Shown here one piece after another: positions 1 to 9,600 of a stretch of 39,361 nt of DNA. The notes under the pieces are model-generated. The model had not been told where the DNA came from and did not search any database. It saw nothing but the letters and a program-made list of their open reading frames with translations. The DNA is from Gonapodya sp. JEL0774. Its lineage: Eukaryota. Location of the stretch: NCBI GenBank assembly GCA_027604505.1, contig JADIIX010000008.1, positions 248,001 to 287,361 on the forward strand, read 5' to 3'. Both the position numbers and the translations under genes were made by a program. The number at the start of each line of letters is the position of its first letter. The stretch's first letter is position 1.

Positions 1-1841
1 CGTCGATGGCGTGTATATGGGCAGGGTACGTGCGGCCGGTGTGGGTCGTGACGGTGAGCTAGGGTGGATTGAGTCGAAAGTCGGACGAGGAGTGAGTGCG
101 AATCAAAGAAGAACCACTAGTACAAGTGACACCTCAAGTGTCACCATCCACCGGTATCCCATGATCATGCTAACGCCCTGTCCCTGTAACATCCCCACCG
201 CACCGTACTCACCCCCCTCCCGACCCCCCCGCCCACCGCGTCTTCCACCACATGTGCGTTCGTGACGATGAAACCCGTGGAGGAAATAAAGAAGCCCGCG
301 CCGAGGGAGAGGGGGGGGTGGGGGGGGTGAGCTGGGGTGTGGGGATCGCCGGTGGTGGAAGGGAATGGGGAAGAGGGAGAGGTGATAAGGGTGGTCCGGT
401 GAGAGTAGAGGTGGGGGACCATCACGTGCGCGGAAGGAAGGAGTGATAGGGTGAAAAGAATGCTCCATGCCACGAGTTGCCGCGGTTGTTCCCACTACTC
501 ACCCCCAACCTCAACCACCACCGTACTCCTCTTCACATCCTCCACCACATCCTCGACCGACCTGTCCTTCCCATTCGCAAGCCCATGCCCGTGCCCGTGC
601 CCTTTCTCCTGCCCGTAGAACTCGTCCGCGGTGCCGTTGTCGGAAAGGGAATCGGAATCGGAATGGGACTCGGGGTGGGACCCAGGGTGGCGGAGGTGGG
701 CGCACGAGGAGGGGTGGAGGCCTGGGCTGAAGCGGGCTGAACGGGGACTGTTGGGGGGTTGGGGTGTTTGGGGCAGTTGAGAGAGTGGAACGAGGTGGTC
801 AGAGTGAGCAGCAAGCCGTGGGAGTTAGTCATTCCTCATTCGTCGACGAAGAAGAAAAACGAAAAGTATGGTACAACACTGATGAACGATGTGGAATGGA
901 TCGGATAATCGTGCCCATACTCCACTCCAGTTTGTAGCTAGCACATTGTCCATGGCCCATACCTCCATACCACGGTCCAAATAACCATAATGCACCAAGG
1001 TCTTTATGACCATACGGGTACAATGGCCATACGGGTACCAAGGTTCATAGGACCATACGGGTACCACCGTCCAAATGACCATACAGCACCAAGGACCATA
1101 TGGCCTCCGACCGAAATGGGTGAACTGGTCAAAAAATGGCCGTCCGTGGAACGGAGAGGTCTCTCCCTGCGGGCAAGCCCGCACCATCTCGCTGACCCTC
1201 GCACGGACTCACCCAGAAGAGGAGGAGTAACCGTTTGCGGTGACGACGAGGAGAGCGTCGAGTTCGTCAGTCGAGGTTGGAGGTTGTGGTGCGTTGCGGG
1301 CATGGTTGTTGGTGTGTTGAGACGATGGAGAGGAGGAGGAAGACGATTTGCTGCTGTCGGAGATGTGCTGGATGGGGACAGCGGGTGTAGAGGAAGCAGC
1401 GTGTTGTGGAGACCAGTTGACCTGGTCGAGTCTGAGGGGTGCTTGCGGGGAGAGGGAGGGGTCCGAGTCCGAGTCTGGGTGTTGGGGGTGGGAATGGTTG
1501 GGACCGAATATGTGGTGGAGAGAGAGAAGAGAAGAGAAAGTGAAGAGAGCAATGAGTGGTGCATTTGAAGGGAGCGTCCGTGGTTTTTGGTGTTGGTGTT
1601 GGTTTTGGTGTTGGTGTCGGGATTGGCTGTGTCGAGTGAATGTCTGTTGAGACGAGTTGCGGACCGTGGTTTGTCGGGAGCGGACTGTGCGAGCTTGCCG
1701 TGGTGCGGTAGTGACCGACACGGCAGAAACGGCAGACAGCGCGCGAGAAGCAACACGAACACGGGCAGCGGGAACGGCTGCATGAGCTGCTGAAGCCGAG
1801 GTCGCGGCCCGGGAGACGGTGATTGAGGAGAGCGACGACAT
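1..1841 (-). CDS. htrA: HtrA/DegP-family (S1C) trypsin-like serine protease, HtrA2/Omi-like mitochondrial precursor; 3' end lies outside the window. Exons 1841-1213, 747-503, 331-213, 58-<1
   Basis: Spliced product reads ...DVVEDVKRSTVVVEVGAHPPHPPLSLGAGFFISSTGFIVTNAHVVEDAVGGGVGRG|LTVTTHTGRTYPAHIHAID, matching the HtrA GSGFII...TNAHV (catalytic His) block and the following strand. All three introns are GTGAGT..YAG with matching phases. The first 122 aa are Ser/Ala/Arg-rich with no acidic residue (presequence-like) and include a hydrophobic stretch (APLIALFTFSSLLSL). Linkage of exon 1 is inferred. Confidence 0.8.
968..1094. repeat. Degenerate minisatellite-like cluster inside intron 1 of the HtrA gene
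   Basis: 33-bp direct repeat at 968-1000 and 1062-1094 (29/33 identical), plus three exact CCATACGGGTAC at 1010-1021, 1027-1038 and 1053-1064. Confidence 0.8.
1587..1618. repeat. Imperfect (TGGTGT)n hexanucleotide repeat encoding an HQ tract in the HtrA N-terminus
   Basis: ttggtgttggtgttggttttggtgttggtgtc; the minus strand reads RHQHQNQHQHQ. Confidence 0.7.
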
Positions 1842-2691
1842 AAATTGGGTTGGGTTGGCAAGTGAGCCAACTACAAAGCATGCGGATGCGGATGAAACAA
1901 AGTATGTACGAAAGTCACGGTTAGGATGAGAACGCACAAAAGACAACGCGACGGTCGCAAGTTCGCAGTCGCTTGAGGGCTCACGTTCACGTTTCGGAAC
2001 TGAGCAAATACGACGTTAGGGACTCGCGGTGGCAGAGGTTGGCGGGAGATAAGAACCACCAGGAACAAGCAGGCGGGCGAACGGAATGAAGAATGACACA
2101 AGTGGGCAGTGACGGTGTTGGGCTGCCGTGTCTCCGCGTCGTGTCTTTCCTGGTTTTCGTGTCTCGCAGTTCGATGGATTCTGTCCGTCTCGATCGCCAA
2201 TTTCTAAGCCAGCGCCGATTCGGTTGGGCTGCTTCCTTCTGTTCTTTGTGTTGCGGGGTTTCTGGTGCTTAATTTTTTTGGTGACTTGGGCTCCTCATGT
2301 GCCTCGAATGACTCACGACTCTGCCACCCTCAAGAGGGTGTCCACCCCGCACATAAATATATGCAATTAATTCACTATTTAACACAGCAACATTTTACAT
2401 GAGAGAATTGTAGATATCATGTAGCTCTCAAGAGTTTGGTGGACCAGCGATCGGCAGACGAGTCCACGGGCAGCCAGTATGAAACTTGTCCTTGAAATGG
2501 CTCCCGTCTGGCACATATTCATGATATGTACATGCATGCAAAGAAAAACGAGCTGCAAGCCATTTCTGACCCCTCTTTGATGGATGGAGAGTGGGGGCTG
2601 TGAGGGGTGTGAGCTACATAGTGCCGAATTCCTTGTACTACCTGAATCCACCTCCCGTCCCAGATACACACAAACGCAGGAATCTACAATA

Positions 2692-3338
2692 ATGTTTACC
2701 CCCGCTCGCCCAGGAGGCCGCGTCCGCTTCATGGATCCGACTCCCTACTTGGCGAATCGGAACCCAAACAACCCCTACGATATTTCCTTCGTCGGGCCAG
2801 ACAACAGAATGTATTGTTACCACGTTGGTGTGTCAAGCGCTCTCTCTCTCTCTCTCTCTCGGCTCTCGCTGGATAGATCGATCGATTCGGTCCTTTCGGG
2901 AACCTAGCTGCTCATGGCCCCCGCATTCATGGACTAACGCTTCCCCTGTGACCGCAAGTACTGCCACGACTGTGCCGTCGATTTCACCGACGGCAACGAC
3001 ATCACCACGGGCCACGAGATCAAGTACAGGTGCAACAACTGCTCCCTCGAAGCCGACGCGGGCACCAAGCTCATGCGGTGTGCCCGGTGCTTGAACGCGT
3101 GGTACTGCTCCAAAGACTGTGAGTGCCGTGAGCGAACCAACAGAGTGACGTGTTTTCATTTTCACCCCCGGGGTTTCGCTTCCCACTTTCCATGGTGGCT
3201 CTCCTGATCCTTCAACTTACTTTCACCGTTGGTCCGCGGTCCGGCACGACAGGTCAGAAGGAAGCGTGGCCAGACCACAAGCCAGATTGCCGCCGACCTG
3301 CCCAGGACGTGGCCGTGGCACCCCGGTCGTCGAAATGA
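2692..3338 (+). CDS. Small MYND-type zinc-finger protein; exons 2692-2823, 2959-3118, 3253-3338 (first junction uncertain)
   Basis: Spliced C-terminus CNNC...LMRCARCLNAWYCSKDC|QKEAWPDHKPDC is a canonical zf-MYND. The intron 3119-3252 (GTGAGT..CAG) is in phase. An upstream Cys/His motif (CYH..YCHDCAVDF) and a GACTAAC branch point at 2932-2938 are also present. Confidence 0.85.
2840..2860. repeat. (CT)10 microsatellite in intron 1 of the MYND gene
   Basis: Directly visible ctctctctctctctctctctc. Confidence 0.9.
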
Positions 3339-4021
3339 CAACTTCACATGATGTGCCGTGTGAGTCGTGGGAGGGTGTACGCACATCGCGCGAATCACAT
3401 GTATGTATACGTACATGTGGATAATTTCGTAAACTTTTGTTTGGCGTTTTCACATTTTTGTACATGGCACGAAATAATCCAACTGTAATAATGCCTCGCG
3501 TATTTTTTTTGGTATGATTGTAACGCACAGAGAGTTTTGTCCCCACTCATGTGGATTCTCCATCCCAGCTCAACCCATGCTGATCGGTAGCGTGACCCTT
3601 TCCCGATCGGACAAACAAATTCATCCCATCTTCCGATTCCCACCGAAAAGGAAAGCAGCGACAGACAAAACAGCGCGGAAAAAACATTGGCACGGTGAGC
3701 TTGTTCTAATTGAAATCTGGCTCAAGGGAGTGCGGTTTTCAGGGCTTTCGGGGACAGCTCGCTGTTTGAGAGCTCCTTTTCAACTGTCACGTTTGGTGAA
3801 CCCCGATCGCGAAGAAATTCCACAATCATTCGTTTTCTGCTTCCCGCTCGCCTCCACCATCCACGGAAGTTCCCCCGGACCTGATTCACGAGCTCAGCAC
3901 GCTGCGTTCCGGCCGTCGGATTGAATGTTTGTTCCGTGGTTGTGGTCCCATCGATCCGCGTAATCGTTGCCATTTTCATGCTCAGTCGGAAGAAAACCAC
4001 CTGCCACTGCCATTGCCCACC

Positions 4022-6190
4022 ATGTCATCGTCCGAATTGGAGAACTCGGACGTGCAAGGCTTAGTCAGGGCCGACGGTGGTGCACCGAACCCCACCGGTC
4101 GCGACCTCAGAGCTCCGTCAGAGTGCACCGCGGGGACCTCCGAGCATCCCACCTTGGCACACCGGGACACCCACCGTGCCGATCGGCAGGCAAGACCTCT
4201 GGTCCTGCTCCCGAACCCCCTTTCCGCTCGGTTGGACGCCCTGCTGGGATCCGTCCATGACGACCCCTCTCTCGTACCCCACTCCCGCGACGATACCAAC
4301 ATCGACACAATCGTCATTCCGATCCTCTTGTTGTCCGTGGCTGCCGCCCTCATCGGCGCGGCGGTCGCTGCCTCGTTCGTGGTGAGCACAGAGCGGTCAG
4401 GCCCCGGACCCGCTTTCCATCGACTCCCATCTCACCGCCCGACCGTCTCCTCACTATAGCGCCGTTCCCATCGCGTTTTTCGAACAAATACCCGCGCTGC
4501 GGCTTTGCATGCACAGAGACAGTCGGGACGGCACATGGTGGCCGCAGCCGGATCCAAAACGACGGTCCTTCACGCTCCACCGAAACCTCGACCAGACACC
4601 GTGATGCTGGAATTCAGGCCATATGTTCGACTGTACAGGCTTCTCATGTACCGTCTCGGTGGAATTTTCTTCCGAAGTGTGGCTTGGTTCGAGACTGGAC
4701 CGTCCCAGGCTGTACCTTCTCCATTTTCGCCTCATGTAACAAGTCCACCAGCTTCACTCTCTACTCGTACATCAGACTCGATGTCTACTCGTCCACCTCA
4801 TCCGCGTCGTTTGAGTAGTCTCCGGTCAAGAAGGAATACGTCCCCCACTGCTCACTCCGTGGTCGAAATGAGCGCCGCGGAGCTCAACACCAAGTTGCCT
4901 CGCGAGACGAAACCAAAATCCGCGGTGTTAACCTCGAATACAAATCATCTGCAACAGAGCAAGCTGAATAGTCCCGTACGGCAGGGCGCTGCTGCTTCAC
5001 GGGGCAAGACCGCACCCTCCTCTCCTGCCGCAAGTCCCGTACCTCCACCTTCGATTCTTCCAACCCTTCCAGAGAATCCGCAATCACCTCTTACTCCCCA
5101 CCTTTCACCTCCTGTCCCGCGGTCAAAATTATCAACGCGTCATCGCAAAGCCCTGTCAACACCGACCACAATGGGCGGTCCGACGGTAAAGACGAACACA
5201 ATAAATTCGGCAGGGGACCTTCCTCATCCAGTCCGCGCTACAAGCGAATGGGTTGCCCCGGTGGTTCCAGTTTGTGCCGAGGTACAGAAAGGAGCGGATA
5301 TGAGCGGTGAAGCGAAGCCAGACTGGCTTCAAATGGGATCACGCCCGAGTGGAACAATGTCTTTTGAACCAGTCAAACCAATAGTGACATTGACGAGTAC
5401 AGATCCTAAAGAACCAGCGTACGCTGTGGCTATCTCAGAAACCGTCGCTGAGAATACAGCTGGTGAAGGCAGCCCCAGGACCGCAAGCCCGCTGTTTTGG
5501 TCTCGCATATTGTCAGACCCACCAAACAGTGCAGATCCAGATGGCATGGTGGGCCTGGTCTCGAACCCACAATCACCCTTGCCCTCTTCTCTGTCATCGA
5601 ACTATGCCCTTCGTTCTGTGTCGTCACCGTTTTCTCTCCCTAGACTGCCCATATCGCTCGATACCTCTTTTCGCCAGAGCGCTTCTTCTCTATCGGACCT
5701 CACTCCGCCCCCGAGCCCAAAAGCAGTACCACAGCAATCAGACTTTCAATGGAGAGGAGTGTCAGACATTGCAGAGTCACCCACCAGTCCCTCCCAGCGG
5801 GTGACACCACCAGCTGAAGAAGGATACTCACACGACTATGCTGCGTGGACTTCCGTCGTTGGTTTGACGGTGCCAATCCGAGCGCAGCATTCGAGCTTCA
5901 CAAATGCTGATTCGGCGGGTTTGCACAGGCTAGCAAGTTGTCAGGTGGAGCCGAGTACCACGGATCGCCGAAGCGCACAGATCCGGGGTGCAAAGCCCCG
6001 CATTCACTTTGACGGTCTACGGCTCTTCAGCTCTACTCCGACCCAGCAGCCGTTTTCATCGCAATCGATCGAAAGGTCGACACTACCAGAGAGGAACGTT
6101 CCCGTTCTCCCTTTGGAACTCATTTCGCTCGAAGTGGATCGTATCGATGGTGGACAAGGGAAGGATTGGAGGCCTATTCCGAGGTGGTAG
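4022..6190 (+). CDS. Hypothetical single-pass membrane protein with a long Ser/Pro/Thr-rich, probably disordered tail; exons 4022-4381, 4460-6190
   Basis: A GTGAGC..TAG intron (4382-4459) joins the 3929 ORF to the 561-aa ORF in phase 0. The hydrophobic segment IVIPILLLSVAAALIGAAVAASFV is followed immediately by basic RRSHR. No recognisable domain; further cryptic introns cannot be excluded. Confidence 0.6.
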
Positions 6191-6648
6191 GTTAGTCGTA
6201 TGCGTACAAGTGACACGTGTCAAAGGGCGTGTTGACTGGATGACACCATGCATTTCTGTGCGTAATGATGCTATGGGGAACAGCCACTGCTTGCTACAAC
6301 TTTGAAGAGAGGTGTTTCCGTGAAGAACTTCTCATCTTGAATGGATCTTGTGTGATGTGTAGGTTGCAATATTGCGCTCCTGCAGGCAGGAAGCTGGCTT
6401 CTTTCTCTCCATTCTGTAACTAGAGCCTGTAAATAAGTGTTACGGGAGTCCATTATTGGTTTTATACCAGGATGCAAGTTTAATAGTATAATTGATCACA
6501 CCAAAGCCATGTTTCGAATCAACCACCGGATCTGGACGCAGCTTATGCAACAGTTCTATGATACCCTGGACTATGGCACTTCCATTAAGCATGCAACACA
6601 CAGAAATATCATTTTGTATAAATTAGAGTTGCTTATAGCGATAAGTCA

Positions 6649-9600
6649 TTAATCGTCCAGCTGCAGAAGTATAGCCACTCCTCTCATAATCCAGTGCTTT
6701 GTTGGCTTATCCGTGGGAAGTCGAACTGGTAACACGAAGTTTGTAGAGTGTCCGGTTGTTGACAATATACCTCTCCTCGCGCTCGTTTTGTAAATGGGGC
6801 ATACGTAGTCGGCCTTGATCGATTCCCGGGCTTCCAAGTCGCTATTCCGGATTGGCTTGAACCACATAACAGGCATAGAGTCATACAGTACCTTGGGAAG
6901 GGACTCTCCCATGAGACCGTCCTCTCTCCGCCATCTTGCACCTTCAAGAAACAATCCGGACACATAGACTCCACTCTCTGGTGGTTTATCAGGAGGGTGT
7001 TCCACCGACATGTCAGACATAACTTGAAAGTCGATGCTTAGCTCGTCGATGGGGATCGAATGCCTTCGCGCATAATTTTGGAGTGTAGCAGTAATAAAGG
7101 ATTGCGTGAAGAAGAAGCCCGACATCCATTGCACTGTGGGTGCCCCTTCAAGACGAAACACGTCGTTCGTGAAAATGATTTTGCTTTCGTTTTTCGGAAA
7201 AAGAATCCCACCTTTATCGTACCACGCTTGAAAAAATTTGAGTCGTGCAATCAAGTCGGTGACGTAGCTACCCAAAGGCTTCAATGACGCAAAGCTCTTT
7301 GCCGTCCACATGGCAGGCACCCTGCCGACCAGCATCGCTTGCGCTACGCCATCAAGCTCCGCGGACATGACCACCAATCCTTTGAGCGCTTTTTGAACAT
7401 TTGCAAGTGAGCCCAGAATAACTTGTAGCAGTCGATTGAAACGAATCATTTCCTGTTCAATGACATGCAGTCAGGCACACGATTCTCGCAATACATCAGC
7501 GCTAAGCGGAAGAATACAAACTTGGATGAGCACCGTATTCATTGACTCGTTATAATTTACTGGGTACTTCTTGGCAGCGATCTAGGGTGAAAGTAGAGCT
7601 CGAATGGCATAGCTCAATTCATCTTACGATCACGCTCACCTCAACGTCAAATGGTTTCGGTACCTTGGACAATATGTCCGTGATCACTTCTATTAGAACC
7701 TGATCGCTTGACTTCCCAGAACCACCGGAGCTGCTACTCCCAGATTTCTCTTGCATCCTCAGCATGGAATCAAACAGATTTTTTGTTTCAGAAATTTGTC
7801 TCGCAATATCCCCATTCTCATGAATACCGAAGACTTCTGGTTTTTGAATCATAGGTAGCCCTTTGATGAAGTCGATATATGACTGGTAGTTTCCTTTGGT
7901 TGGGGAGTAATACAAGCCAGAAGAGGAAAATTTGTAGTTTCCGTCCTCAACGGTGCCTGGCGTGTAAACGTTGGAGAGTATGGTGGCCAACGTCCGTCTA
8001 TCCCAATCATCAGTTACCCTGCCACCATACTTTTTATATCATAAAGGGAGCAAATCAGAGAAATTTTGAGGTGGGTATAGAACATCGAGACTTACATTGC
8101 ACTCGCCAGTCATGCTAAGGAAATGTAGTGAGGTCAAGTTGAATGGGGTGGCACTTACAAATGTTCAAACCACAAGACCGCGTCACTCACTAGTTGATCG
8201 CTTTGAATGGAATCTCAGCTGATTCGTTCAAAAACATCTGCAGTTGACGAACGCTGATACGCATGTCGCTTTCATTGAACTCATATGGTATATTCCAACC
8301 AAGTGGTCCAAAATTGCGTCGTTCCTGTTCAGAGCCGTCACCAGTCGGTATTTGTGTAATAATGGGAACTAATTGACGCTACACGCACCTGAACAACAGC
8401 ATGAAAGAAACACAAGCCAAAAAGGAGCTTTTCCCATTCACCGGGCTTTGTGGGGCATCCATTAAAGAAGCTGGTATCCGATATTGGATCGCTGCCGTAA
8501 GAACGCAGCAGATTAGCGCGAATACCTCGAGGTGGCTCGTTTGTCATTTTCACTCCATTCTATAATAAGTGGACTGCTAAAACGTGACAGTGTTCGTGCG
8601 ACTGATTCTCAAAACACACCTGAAGAATAGATGCTGGAAACGAAGGAGAAGGGTAACTAGTCAGCCAGAGCCGAAAGTCCTTGTGAACGCTAACTCCGAC
8701 GGCTGACATATCATCAGCTATTTTCTCCAATTGTGATAACCAAGATGGTGCTAGGTGACAATTTTGCAACACCACCCAGGTGCCAGCTTTTTGAGCATCT
8801 TTTATCATCGCAGCTGCCAATGGTCCTTGCCCTTGTCCCAGCGAAATAGCCTGAAGTTTACTTCCAGTAAATCCTTTATCATCGGCGAACTTCAACAACC
8901 TAGATATAACAAATCCAAAGTGATAGTTTCATCCCCTTGCCTAAATGGATAACTAGTTGTAAATACGTTGCAACTCACCCTGCCATTGGATCTACACCTG
9001 GAGACAGCACAAAAATAAGTGGTGTTCTCGCACTCGAGTCTTCATACGACCCAGACAGGTCAAAAGGTGGCGGCTCGATGAACTTCGGTCCGAGTTTGAG
9101 CTTCACGAACTCCATGACACAAGCTACAATCTTTTCTGGTTGAAGACATCGCACGAGTAAGAGCTTCTGGAACTCGCTGAGAGACGTTGCAAAGCGACCG
9201 GGGAGGTTGGCACTCCATGGATCGACTGCCTCGGACCATGCATGCCACAATGAAACCTGTGTCTGTCCGTGATATGCTTTGTCAGGCCAATCGGTTTGCC
9301 TGAAAATGAAGTATTAAGCATACCTTAAACTCATTCTTGATATCTGAGAAAGCCTCGATATCCGCTAAACGGCAGACCTCTCCCCAGGATTTGTCAGAAA
9401 GCCAAAGAGGGTCTGGATTGGGGTGCGGATTCTCGAGCCCGATTCCGCCAGTCAGTAAGAATCCCTGTTCTGCTTCGGTAATCTCTCCATGATTCTTGAG
9501 AATACGCAGGCAGAGGCCAAAAGAAAAAAGTAGCTTGTCTTTCTCAAAGAGCGACCTGCAAACATTCTGATACAGAGAATATGTGAAAAAACTTTCTAGG

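Noticed and set aside
968..1094. CRISPR-like array
   Set aside because: The repeats are short, degenerate and irregularly spaced, with no unique spacers and no cas genes, and lie inside a eukaryotic intron.
1004..1881. Overlapping 288-aa and 204-aa minus-strand ORFs as separate genes
   Set aside because: They are alternative frames of the low-complexity HtrA exon 1; only the 1841 frame gives a presequence, a hydrophobic segment and a phase-compatible donor.
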